A stretch of DNA of 64,000 nt from an uncultured Acidobacteriota bacterium (lineage in GTDB: Bacteria; Acidobacteriota; Thermoanaerobaculia; UBA5066; Gp7-AA6): NCBI GenBank assembly GCA_963843325.1, contig CAWJKC010000007.1, positions 14,401-78,400 on the forward strand. The letters run 5' to 3'. Below are positions 11,897 to 21,433 of the stretch, in pieces. The notes under the pieces were generated by a model. The model searched no databases and was not told the origin of the DNA. It saw nothing but the letters and a program-made list of their open reading frames with translations. A program made the position numbers and the translations under genes. Each line of letters begins with the position of its first letter. Position 1 is the stretch's first letter.

Positions 11897-12511
11897 ATGA
11901 ACTGCACCAGAGCCCGCTTCCTCCTGTACGCCTACCTGGACCGCGACCTTCCCGGTGCGGAGGGGAGCGCCCTGGCCCGTCACGTGGCCTTTTGCGCGCC
12001 CTGCGCCGCCCGTGCCCGCTCGGCCCGGGGCCTTTCAGGGCTGCTGCACAGCCGGGTCCGGTACGACCGGGCTCCCCAGGACCTGCTGGAGCGACTTCGC
12101 AGCGGCCGTCTCGAGCCCCGGATGCGCCTGCGTTACGCGCCCCTCGGACTTGCCGCCTCGATCCTCCTCCTCATCCTTCCCCTCGTCGCCGACCAGGCCA
12201 TTCCGAACGGCGGAGTCCTGTCCATGATGGCGCCGGCCACCCTGGCGACCTCGCGGGGCGTCATCCCGGTTTCGCGCCAGATGACGGGCACCTTCGTCTG
12301 CCTGCAGTGCGATGGCAACCACGAAAAGGAAGCCTGTCCGCTCACCGAGCGCGCCCACGAGCTCGGCTTCTGCGCCGACAACGGAGAGACCTTCCGCGTC
12401 ATGACCACCGACGCCGCGTTTGCGTCTGCCTCGGTCGGCCAGGCGGTGACGGTCGAGGGCGTGGCGTTTCCCGAGTCGGGCTTCCTGCGGGCAAGCCGCG
12501 TCGGCTACTAG
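11897..12511 (+). CDS. Anti-sigma factor (zf-HC2), single TM helix, Cys-rich extracytoplasmic domain
   Basis: The N-terminal H-x3-C-x2-C motif (HVAFCAPC) is present. A TM segment LGLAASILLLILPLVA follows. The gene lies directly downstream of the ECF sigma gene. Confidence 0.75.
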   Translation: MNCTRARFLLYAYLDRDLPGAEGSALARHVAFCAPCAARARSARGLSGLLHSRVRYDRAPQDLLERLRSGRLEPRMRLRYAPLGLAASILLLILPLVADQAIPNGGVLSMMAPATLATSRGVIPVSRQMTGTFVCLQCDGNHEKEACPLTERAHELGFCADNGETFRVMTTDAAFASASVGQAVTVEGVAFPESGFLRASRVGY

Positions 12512-12537
12512 CCGTCGCCTGCGCTCCGCTACGGGAT

Positions 12538-12671
12538 CTGCGCCTTCGGCGCACCGGTGAACGGCTCGCCCAAAGGGGCTCGACCGTTCACCTGATCCCT
12601 CCGCTCCGCTCCGGCTCCCGCGGCGCGAACCTCCTCCCTCCCTTCGGTCGGGAGACTATTCACGCCGCGAG
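12538..12671 (+). repeat. Structured intergenic repeat, copy 1 (family of two in this window)
   Basis: It aligns over about 134 nt with the reverse complement of 23681-23816. The 3' 60 nt have 2 mismatches. The 9-bp helix ggTGAAcgg/ccgTTCAcc is replaced in copy 2 by ggCGGCcgg/ccgGCCGcc. Confidence 0.85.
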
Positions 12672-12714
12672 CTGACGCGACAACGCCGCTGAAAAACGCT
12701 CGCCCGCGTCAGAG

Positions 12715-12751
12715 CCCTCCCTCTCCACCCGTGAGGGGGGAGAGGGCAGGG
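12715..12751. repeat. REP-like GC-rich imperfect palindrome
   Basis: ccctccctctcc (12715-12726) pairs with ggagagggcaggg (12739-12751) with one bulge. The site is intergenic, upstream of the GHMP kinase gene. Confidence 0.5.
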
Positions 12752-12788
12752 GTGAGGGGGGGCGCAGTCGTTCCAATAAGATGCGGCC

Positions 12789-13792
12789 ATGAGCAAGGTG
12801 TTCGAGGCGACGGCCCCGGCGCGCATCGATCTGGCCGGCGGCACGCTCGACCTCTGGCCGCTCTACGTCCTCCATCCCGGCTCGGTCACCGTCAACGTCG
12901 CCATCGACCTGCGGGCGCGGTGCCGGGTCGGCGTGCGGGAGAGGGGCTTTCGCGTCACGGTGCCGGGCCTCGGGTACGAGCGCGTCGTCAACAAGGCCTC
13001 GGAGCTGCTGGCGGATCCGCGGGCGGCCCTGGCCGGGGCGCTGCTCGAGGGGCTCGCGATCACGGAGCCGCGGGACATCGAGCTTTCCTCGGACGTCCCG
13101 TACAGCTCGGGTCTCGGCGGCTCGTCGGCGCTGACCGTGGCGATGGCGGCGGCTCTGTCGGCGAGCGTCGGGCGCGATTTCGGCGGCCCGGGCGAGGTCG
13201 AGCTCGTGCGCGACGTCGAGACGCGGGTCCTGGGCAAGCCCGCGGGCGTCCAGGACTACTACCCGCCGCTGTCGGGCGGACTGCACAACCTGCGTTTCTT
13301 TCCGGGCCGCATCGAGGCCGAGCGCCGGGACCTCGATCCTGTCCGAGTGGCTGCGGCACCTGACCCTCTACGACACGGGCGCCTCGCACTCGTCGGGCAT
13401 GAACAACTGGGAGATCTTCCGGTCCCGGCTCGAGGGCGACCTCGGGGTCGCCGCCCGCCTCGACGACGTCGGCGCGGCGGCGCGCGAGATGGCCGAGCGC
13501 CACGGAAGTGGAAGACTTTCGCGCGATGGGCGCGGCGCTCAAGCGGGAATGGGAGGCGCGGCGGCGGCTGGCGCCGGTCGTGTCGTCCCCCCGGATCGAA
13601 GACGTCGTGGGCAGGGCGCTCGATGCCGGGGCCTGGGGCGCCAAGGCGTGCGGCGCCGGAGGGGGAGGATGCGTCGTCGTCCTCTCGGATCCCGGCAGGA
13701 CGCCGGCCGTGCGCGAAGCCCTGACGAAGCTGCCCGAGGGGCGCCTGCTTCTCGTGGCCGCGGAAAACCGCGGCCTGATCCTCAGCGCTTAG
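12789..13792 (+). CDS. GHMP-family sugar kinase, two frame breaks
   Basis: The N-terminus is APARIDLAGGTLDLWP. The GHMP ATP motif is PYSSGLGGSSALTVAMAAAL. The C-terminus is GAKACGAGGGGCVVVL. The pieces lie in ORFs 12789-, 13399- and 13508-13792, with shifts near 13335 and 13505. Confidence 0.8.
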
Positions 13793-13799
13793 GCCGCCA

Positions 13800-14665
13800 A
13801 TGACGACGGCCGAACCCTCGGATCCGCCGCCGTCGATCCCGACCCGCGGTCCCTGGCCGGGCCTGCGCAAGGCGTTTTCGGACGCCGTCGAATCGGGCGT
13901 CCGGCCGTGGCTCGATGCCGGGCAGCCGTATCTGCTCGAACAGCTCCGGTTTGCGCTCGGCCGCTTCGACCAGGGCGCCGCGCTGTTGCGCTACTTCGAG
14001 TGCGACCACCCGGGCCTGCCGCAGAGAACGCGCGACGTCCTCGACGTGGGCACCGGCAACGGCGGGGTCGCCTTTGCGATCGCCAACTGTCCCGGCTACC
14101 GCGTCGCGGCCATCGACATCGGCCAGAACCGGGTCCTGCGGGACGTGCAGCGCGCGACGGGCCTGCCCGTGCGGTACGCGCTCGCGAGCGGCCGGCAGCT
14201 GCCGTACGCGGCCGAGAGCTTCGACATCGTGCTCCTCATCGAAACGCTCGAGCACGTGGCCCGCCCGCGCAGACTCGGCGAGGAGATCCTGCGTGTCCTG
14301 CGGCCGGGGGGCGTCTGCCTGATCACGACGCCCGCGCGCCTGCGCTACGTGCTGGCGCCCGACCCGCACTACGGGATCCGGGGCATCGCCGGGCTTCCGA
14401 ACGCGGTGCAGCGGTTCGTGGTCGACCGGATCGCCCGCCGCCGGATCGTCGCGCCGGACGGCGCTTCGTGGCCCGCGTACGACGTCGCGCATCTCTACTG
14501 GACGGTCCAGGGCATCGGAGGGTGTTTCCCGGGTCGAGGTCCGTGCGCCCGCTCTACTCCCGTCCGATGGTCGGCGGCCCCGCGTTCTCGCACGAGTGGT
14601 GGAGGCGAAAGCTCCGCGCCTTCCTCTTCGACTACGTCGTCGTGACGAAGGCTGCCCGCACCTAG
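13800..14665 (+). CDS. Class I SAM-dependent methyltransferase, frame break(s) near the 3' end
   Basis: Motif I is VLDVGTGNGGVAFAIA. A post-I/II region (FDIVLLIETLEHV, LRPGGVCLITTP) follows. The tail continues in the frame of ORF 13907-14665 after about 14520. Confidence 0.8.
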
Positions 14666-14702
14666 GCGCTTCGGGGACCGGTCACGCTATCCTGTCCGGA
14701 AG

Positions 14703-16745
14703 ATGGAGCCTCCGACGGAGCCCGGACCCGCGTCGCCCGGCCGCGCCGTCGCCGCCCGCGCAGCGGTGCTGTTCTTCGGCGCCGCGGCGCTCTTCTGGCT
14801 CGGGCTCGGAATGCACCGCGGACTCCTGCTTTCCGAGGACGTCAAGTCGCGCGATGTGGCCGTGGGCTCCCTCGTTCCCGGCGACGGAGATCGTCGCGCC
14901 GGCTCTTTCGGACCCGGTCTGGCAGTTCGTTCCGTGGCTCGACCTGGCGCGACGGGAGATCGGATCGGGGCGGGTTGCCGCTCTGGAACCCGTATCAGAA
15001 CGGCGGAGCGCCGCTGCTGGGCAACGGCCAGTCGTCGCTGGGCTCGCCGCTCGTCTGGCCGGCGCTCGTTCTCGGCGTCGCCGCGGGGTGGAATCTTTCG
15101 CTGTTGCTGCGGCTGCTCGTCGCGTTCGGCGGCACCTTCCTCTGGCTGCGCGATCTCGGCCGGTCGAGGAGCGGGGCGATCCTGGGCGCGATCGTGTTTT
15201 CCCTTTCGTGCCCTTTCGTCGCGTGGCTGGAACACCCGGAAACGCTGACGCTCGCGCCGCTGCCGGTCCTGCTGCTTTTCGCCCGGCGGGTCGCCCGGAA
15301 ACCATCGCGTGGCTCCTTGCTCGGGCTCGCCCTGACGACCTATCTCGTCATCGCCGGAGGGTCAGCCCGAGTCCGCGCTGCTCGCCGCGCTGCTCGCGGG
15401 GGCCGTGACGCTCCGGGAGTCGGAGGGCATCCGGGCGACCGGGGCGGCCCTCGGGGCCGCGATTCTGGGGGCGGGGCTTGCTGCGCCCCTGCTGTTCCCC
15501 TTCATCGAGTACCTGGCGCTGAGCGACGCGGGGCTCGGAGTGGGCCGGCATCCGTTCGTCCTGGGGCTACGCGATCTGCTCCGCTTCGTGGTCGCCAGCC
15601 TCCCGGGCTCAAACGTGATCGAGGCGGCGGCGGCGGTCTCCCTGACGGCGCTCGCGCTGGCGATCGGCGGTCTGGCACTGTTGCGGGGGCGACGCGACCT
15701 GCGCTTCTGGGCCTCGCACGGCCGCAGCGATGCTCCTCGTGACCTACGACAGCCCGATCTCGCGGGCGCTCGCGCTCCACACGCCGATGTACTGGACGCG
15801 CGCGCTCCTTCTGCTGCCGCTGGCGCTCGGCGCGCTCGCTTCGGCCGCGGCCGATCGGCTGCGCGAGATCTGCGTCGAACGGGGATTCCGGATGACTGGC
15901 CCGCGGGATCGGACCGGCCGCAGTCGCGCTCGTCGCCGGCGAGCTGCTGCTGCGGGCGCAGGGCGTGCACGGCCATGCGCGGCCCGAGGATCTCGCTCGC
16001 TCGACCCCGTCTGCTCGAGCGGTTGCGCGCCGAACCCGGCGTCTTCCGGGTTCTGCCGCTCCACACGTTCCTGCCGCCGGAATCGGCGACGACCTGGGGG
16101 CTCGAAGACGTTCGCGGCTACGATGCGCTCGGCCCGAAAGGCTGGCGGGAGCGCCGGGAAGAGATCGGGCGGTTCACCCGCACGCCGACCGTCACCGACG
16201 TCGTCGAGCCATGGGATCTGGCTCCGGGCGGCAGGGGGCTCGACTTCTGGAACGTCCGCTTCCTTCTCCTGCATCCCGGGTTCAATTTCGGCGCGGACGA
16301 ATTTCGCGCGCGCCTGGGTCTGGACCTGGAAGAGGTCTACTCGGGACCGGACGGCCGGATCCTGCTCAACCGGCGCGTTCAGCCCCGGGCGCGACTCGAG
16401 GGAGCGGGCACGGTGCGCGTCGAGCAACGGTTCCCGACGTCCTGGCGCCTCGCCGTCGACGCGGAGGCGGCGACCCGTCTGACCGTCGCCAATCCCTTCT
16501 TTCCGGGTTGGACGGCGTGGATCGACGGGGCATCCGTGCCGTTGTCGGCGAAACCCGGTGACCCCCTGGAAATCGCGGTTCCGGCGGGGCCCCACCGGGT
16601 CGAGCTGCTCTACCGGCCCGCGTCTTTCCGTTCCGGCTGCGCCGTCGCGCTCGTCTGCGCGCTCGCGCTCCTGCTCGTTGCCGTTCGGCGGCCGGCCCGC
16701 CCGGTCGCGGCAGCGTCGGCGCCGGAAACCTCGCCGACGGCCTGA
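14703..16745 (+). CDS. YfhO-like polytopic membrane protein (putative GT-C glycosyltransferase), about 6 frame breaks
   Basis: LWNPYQNGGAPLLGNGQSSLGSPL and multiple TM segments are followed by a soluble C-terminal domain that ends in a TM anchor. The pieces cycle through ORFs 14703-, 14596-, 14975-, 15405-, 15730-, 15965- and 15405-16745. The family call comes from motif memory. Confidence 0.65.
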
Positions 16746-16754
16746 TCGACGAGG

Positions 16755-16778
16755 TCAGATCCGGTCGAGTTGGGCGAC
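16755..16778 (-). repeat. 24-nt direct repeat A (vestigial cupin 3' end)
   Basis: tcagatccggtcgagttgggcgac matches 17664-17687 at 23 of 24 positions. On the minus strand it reads VAQLDRI-stop, compared with the cupin C-terminus VARLDRI-stop. Confidence 0.85.
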
Positions 16779-16787
16779 GGGGCCGGC

Positions 16788-17664
16788 CTAGGCGGCGCGG
16801 CGCATCGCGGCGATGCACTGCTCGACCGCGCGCCGCATCGCGGCGGGAGACTCGGCGCGGTGCCAGCCGCCGTGTCCCGGGCAGCACCCACTCGAACGAG
16901 AAGTCGAGCAGGCGCTCCATGGAACGGATCTGCTCCTCCCACGAGTACCAGCAGGCGTCCCGGAAGGCGACGAGCCGTCCCCGGCGGCGCGACCAGGCGA
17001 GGTGGTCTCCGGTGAAGAGGTACTTGTTCCGGTGGAGCAGGACCGCGTGGCCGCGGGTGTGGCCCGGCGTGGGAATGACGAGGAGGTCGTCGGCCAGCGC
17101 CACGGGGTCGGGCCCCGCGATCCGGCGCTCGATGCCGCGCGTGCCTGCCGTGACGTCGTCCTCGTGGAGGACGCGCTCGCAGCCAAAGCGCGCGTGAAAG
17201 GCCGCGTGGTCCGCGACGTCGTCGCGGTGGGTCAGAAAGAGGGTGCGGACGCCGCCGCGCGCGGCGAGCGCGTTCAGGAGCGGGCCCGCGGCGCGGGGGG
17301 AGTCGACCAGGACGTTGCCCTCCGGGCGCTCGACGAAGTAGCTCCAGGCGCCGAAGGAGCTCTCGGCCGTGAAGCCGCAGAAGGAGACGTTCCCGTCCAC
17401 GGTCTCCGGAAAGGCGGCGGCTGCCTCCGAAGCGTTCGTCCGCGAGACCGTGCCGATGGAGGCCGTCGGGCAGGCGACGAGCGCCATCAGCGCCCGCCGG
17501 CGGCCGGCCTCGTCCGAAGGCTGCGCGCGGACGAACGAGTGTCCGCGGCCCTCGTCGAAGACCTCCGGAGCGATGCGGCGGCACGCGTCGCAGTCGATGC
17601 AGGTCCGGTCGACGTAGAAATCTCCGGGGACGTTCTCGGGCAGCCGTTCGGCGGCGTTGGCCAT
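16788..17664 (-). CDS. Ferredoxin-domain / MBL-fold metallo-hydrolase fusion, one frame break
   Basis: The N-terminus GDFYVDRTCIDCDACRRIAPEVF is ferredoxin-like. The MBL core is LFLTHRDDVADH...IPTPGHTRGHAVLL. The tail PGHGGWH...AAMRRAA lies in ORF 16788-17186 after a shift near 16880. Confidence 0.8.
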
Positions 17665-17687
17665 CAGATCCGGTCGAGTCGGGCGAC
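17664..17687 (-). repeat. 24-nt direct repeat B (the true 3' end of the cupin gene)
   Basis: tcagatccggtcgagtcgggcgac. It is the partner of 16755-16778. Confidence 0.85.
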
Positions 17688-18023
17688 CGTGCGCTCTCCC
17701 ACGACGTTGCCCGTGTTGAGTGTGGTGCCGGGCTCGATGAGGACGACCCAGCATTCGTCCTCGGCGGAAGGCTTGTGCTCGACGCCCTTCGGGACGATGA
17801 AGAAATCGCCCTCGGAAAGCTCGACGTCGCCCGTGCGCAGCCCCATCCGCATGCGTCCGCGGACGACGAGGAAGAGCTCGTCCTCGGTCTCGTGGTGGTG
17901 CCAGACGAAGTCGCCCTGGAGCTTGACGACCTTGACCTGGTGGTCGTTCAGGTCGCCGACGACCTTCGGGCTCCAGCGGTCCGCGAAGAGCGAGAACTTC
18001 TGGGCCAGGTTCACCTTGTCCAT
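17664..18023 (-). CDS. Cupin domain protein
   Basis: Intact 119-aa ORF. The cupin motifs are GDFVWHHHETEDELFLVVRG and GDFFIVPKGVEHKP. Its stop overlaps the start of the next gene by 1 nt. Confidence 0.85.
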   Translation of the reverse strand: MDKVNLAQKFSLFADRWSPKVVGDLNDHQVKVVKLQGDFVWHHHETEDELFLVVRGRMRMGLRTGDVELSEGDFFIVPKGVEHKPSAEDECWVVLIEPGTTLNTGNVVGERTVARLDRI

Positions 18024-18104
18024 GGGGACTATCCTTTCTCGGCGTCCCGGCCCTCGGTTCCCTCGGCCCGGGCTGCCGACGCGGCGTTCTCCCGCCGCGA
18101 GGGG

Positions 18105-20142
18105 TCACATCCTCCCCGGCTCGGGGATTCCGAGCAGCCCGAGCAGGCGCGACATCTCCGTTCGGAAAATACGCGCGATCGTCACCCGGCGGTTCCGGAC
18201 GGCGGCGTCGGCCTCCTGGAGGATCGGCTGGCGGTGGTAGAAGTGGTTGAAGCTCTGCGCCAGGCCGAACGCGTGCCGCGCGAGGGTGGCGAGCTCGAGC
18301 GACTCCACCGCCCGCTCGGCGACGTCCGGCGTCGAGGCGGCGTCCAGGGCGATGGTCCAGAGGTCGTCGTCCCAGTCGGCGCCGTCCACGCCCGCCGAGG
18401 CCGGTTCGACGGGGATGCCCTTCTCGTCGAGCTTGCGGAAGATGTTGTCGGCCCGCACGAGCGAGTACTGCAGGTACGGCCCGGTGTCGCCCTCGAAGTT
18501 CAGGGCCTCGTCGAAGTCGAAGGCGATGATCTTGTTGCGTCCGACCTTGAGCAGGAAGTAGCGCAGTGCGCCGATCGCGATCGCGCGCGCGTCCTGCTCG
18601 GCCGCCGGCGCGCCGCCCGCCGCGTCCGCCCCGCGGCGGCTGCCGATCTCGGCGCGCGACCGCTCGAGCAGGAGCTCGACGAGGTCGTCGGCCTTGACGC
18701 CGAGGCCCTTGCGGCCCGACATCTCGACGAACGGCTTCTTCTCGTCCTCGGCCGAAAGCCGGTACTCCTCGCCGAAGCGCTCGGCCAGCTCGCGCGCGGC
18801 CTTCGGCGACAGGGCGACGATCTCGTAGGAGAAGTGGACGGAGCGGTCGGCCTCCGCGGTGTGGCCGAGCGCGCGCAGGCCCTCGCGCACGACCTTCTGC
18901 GGATAGGACTGCCGCACGTCGATCACGTTGAAGACGCGGTGGCCGTGCCCGAACGGCGGCGCGCCGGCGGCGCCGCCCTCGTGGGCGCTGCGCCAGAGCG
19001 GGTGGGCGAGGACCGCGGTCGGGATCTCTTCCTCGCGGACCGAGCCCGAGGCCCAGACGGGCGTGAAGAGCGTGTAGTCGAAGTCGATGGGCAGCAGGCC
19101 GAACTTCCAGAGCTGGTACGCGATGTCCTTGCCGGTGTACGTGACGGTGCCGGTCGAGCGAACGAGGATCTTGTCGGGCTCTTCCATCCCGGCGAACTCC
19201 TCGGACTCCGTCAGGCGCAGCACCCAGCAGCCGGCGTGCTTTCCCTCGGTCTCGAGGTGGATGGCGCCCTTCTCCTTGAGCATCGCGAAGGCGCGGGCCC
19301 AGAAGTGCTTGTGCAGGATGTCGCTCTCGCGGGGCAGCAGGTCGTACGCGATGCCCAGGCGGCCCATCGTCGCCAGGTGCGCCGAGACGACGGCGTCGAC
19401 GACGAGGGCCGCGATCCGCGCCGTCTCGTTGTCGCCTTCCTCGATCGCGTGCAGCACGGCGTCGCGCCAGGCCTTGGTCTCCGGTCGCGCCGCGTAGGTG
19501 CGCCCGACCTCGGCGTAGAGGTCCCAGCAGAGGTAGGCGAAGCCCTTCGGGTTGGCGACGCCGCCGGGCAGCCGGCTCTCGCGCACGACCTCGCGCGCGG
19601 CCTCGAGGGTCGTCACGTTCTGCAGGTGGAAGCAGGCCCGCGACCACGTCGGCGACCTGCACGCCGGTGTCGTCGAGGTAGTTCTGCACCTCGACCGGGT
19701 AGCCGAGGTGCCGCAGCGCGCGCACGAGGACGTCGCCGAGGACGGCGTTGCGCAGGTGCCCGATGTGGGCCGCCTTGTTCGGGTTGATGTTGGTGTGCTC
19801 GACGATGACCTTGCCCGCGCGCGCCGGCGCGGCCGCGGGTCCCGCCGCGAGCGCCTGGATCACCGGTCCGCGGTCGAGAAAGAAGTTGAGGTATCCGCCG
19901 CCCTCGACCCGCGCCTGTTTCACGCCAGCGGGAAGCCGGATCGCGGCGGCGAGCTCGGTCGCGATCGCGCGCGGCGCCTTCTTCAGGGCCTTCGCGAGGT
20001 CGAAGGCGGCCGGACACGCCAGGTCGCCGAGGGCGATCTTGGGCGGCCGCTCGAGGACGACGCGCTCGATCTCCGCGCCGAGCGTTTCGCGCGCCGCCGT
20101 GCGCAGCGCCTGCGTGATGGCCGAGCGAATCGGTTCCAGCAT
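18105..20142 (-). CDS. argS: Arginine--tRNA ligase, one frame break
   Basis: The N-terminal part contains VEHTNINPNKAAHIGHLRNAVLGD (the HIGH motif). The C-terminal part is ORF 18105-19616, with an anticodon-binding domain that ends ..LLGIPEPGRM. The junction AGLL/HLQNVTTLEAA is near 19620. Confidence 0.95.
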
Positions 20143-20184
20143 GGGGCGCGAGTATAAGCGGGGAAGTCGGCTTGCCTCCGGCGC

Positions 20185-20199
20185 TAGAATGGCCTCGTG
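20185..20199 (+). promoter_or_regulatory. Candidate -10 element 6 nt upstream of a GTG start (leaderless-type arrangement)
   Basis: TAGAAT is at 20185-20190 and GTG at 20197. There is no Shine-Dalgarno sequence. Confidence 0.3.
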
Positions 20200-20676
20200 A
20201 CCACTTCCGTCGTCCGCTCCGTCGCGGTCGGAGCCACCGCCGTGGATGCGTTCGACGCCTTCACGCGCGTCTCGGACCTGTTGTCCTGGCTTTGCGAGGG
20301 AGCGCTCGTGGGCCTGCGTCCGGGCGGCAACTGGGCGGTCGGGTTCACCGACCAGCGCGGGGTGACCGAGGCGACCGTGCTCGGCAAGATCGCGGACTTC
20401 GAGCGCGGGCGCCGGCTCGTCGTCACGGACATCTCGTACGAGCCGCGCGAGGGCGAAGCGCTCGAGGGCATCCGCATGGAGCTGACCTTCGCCGAGCGCG
20501 AGGGCGGCTGCGTGGTGACGGTCGCGCAGGACGTGCCGGACAGGGGCCCGGCCTACGAGCGCTACTCCGGCGAGGCGGGAACGGGCTGGGAGACGAGCCT
20601 GGCGGACCTGAAGAAGTACCTCGAGGGCCCGCGCCGCCGGCGCATCCTGATCGAGGCCGGGCTGCCCGAGAATTGA
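20197..20676 (+). CDS. SRPBCC/AHSA1-like domain protein
   Basis: Intact 159-aa ORF. The pattern of beta-rich N-terminal segments and a long C-terminal helix (GWETSLADLKKYLE) is typical of AHSA1/SRPBCC proteins. The call comes from memory of the family. Confidence 0.65.
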   Translation: MTTSVVRSVAVGATAVDAFDAFTRVSDLLSWLCEGALVGLRPGGNWAVGFTDQRGVTEATVLGKIADFERGRRLVVTDISYEPREGEALEGIRMELTFAEREGGCVVTVAQDVPDRGPAYERYSGEAGTGWETSLADLKKYLEGPRRRRILIEAGLPEN

Positions 20677-20680
20677 CGCG

Positions 20681-21433
20681 ATGAAGGACGAGTTGATCGG
20701 CTTGACGGAAACGGGCGTCTGCGGGATCTGCGGGGGCGCGGGCTGGGTGCTCGATTCCTCCGACGGCCGCAAGCAGGCGCATCCCTGCGTCTGCCGCGCG
20801 GCGGGCATCACGAAGGCGCGGCTCGACGCCGCGGGGATCCCGCAGCGCTACCGGGACTGCACGCTGGACAACTTCTCGGACAACAACGTCAGCCTCACGA
20901 AAGCGAAGACGGCGGCGCGGGAGTTCGTGGACGCCTACCCGGTCGTCGAGGCGGGCCTGCTGCTCGTCGGCCCGGCGGGCCGCGGCAAGACGCACCTGGC
21001 GTGCGCGATCCTGTCGGAGCTCGTGACGACCAAGGGCGTCACGGGGCTGTACGTCGACTTCTCGGACCTCCTGGTGAAGATCACGACGTCCTTCCGCCCG
21101 GACGCCGACATGTCCAAGGAATCCGTGCTCACGCCGTACGCGGAGGCCGAGCTCATCGTCCTCGACGAGCTCGGCGCCTCCAAGCCGCATCCGTGGGTCC
21201 TCGACGTGCTCTACAGCCTGCTGAACACGCGCTACAACCGCAAGCGCATCACGGTGGCGACCTCCAACTTCGAGGACGAGATCGACGCGTCCCAGGGCGA
21301 GCGCGAGAAGCTCGAGGACCGCATCGGCTACCGGCTGCGCAGCCGTCTCTACGAGATGTGCCTGATGGTGCCCCTGCGCGGGAGCGACTTCCGCAAGGAC
21401 GTCCTCGGCACGCGGATCCGGTCCCGGTTTTGA
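20681..21433 (+). CDS. DnaC/IstB-like AAA+ ATPase with an N-terminal Cys4 zinc-ribbon
   Basis: Walker A is GPAGRGKTHL and Walker B is LIVLDELG. The N-terminus is CGICGG...HPCVC. The frame is intact. Confidence 0.8.
   Translation: MKDELIGLTETGVCGICGGAGWVLDSSDGRKQAHPCVCRAAGITKARLDAAGIPQRYRDCTLDNFSDNNVSLTKAKTAAREFVDAYPVVEAGLLLVGPAGRGKTHLACAILSELVTTKGVTGLYVDFSDLLVKITTSFRPDADMSKESVLTPYAEAELIVLDELGASKPHPWVLDVLYSLLNTRYNRKRITVATSNFEDEIDASQGEREKLEDRIGYRLRSRLYEMCLMVPLRGSDFRKDVLGTRIRSRF

Noticed and set aside
16366-20811. A 1481-aa minus-strand ORF, the longest in the track.
   Set aside because: It is a read-through composite. Only parts are genuine: the argS N-terminus and the ferredoxin/MBL N-terminal part. 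The rest is Arg/Pro/Ala-rich out-of-frame or antisense sequence, typical of stop-poor high-G+C DNA.
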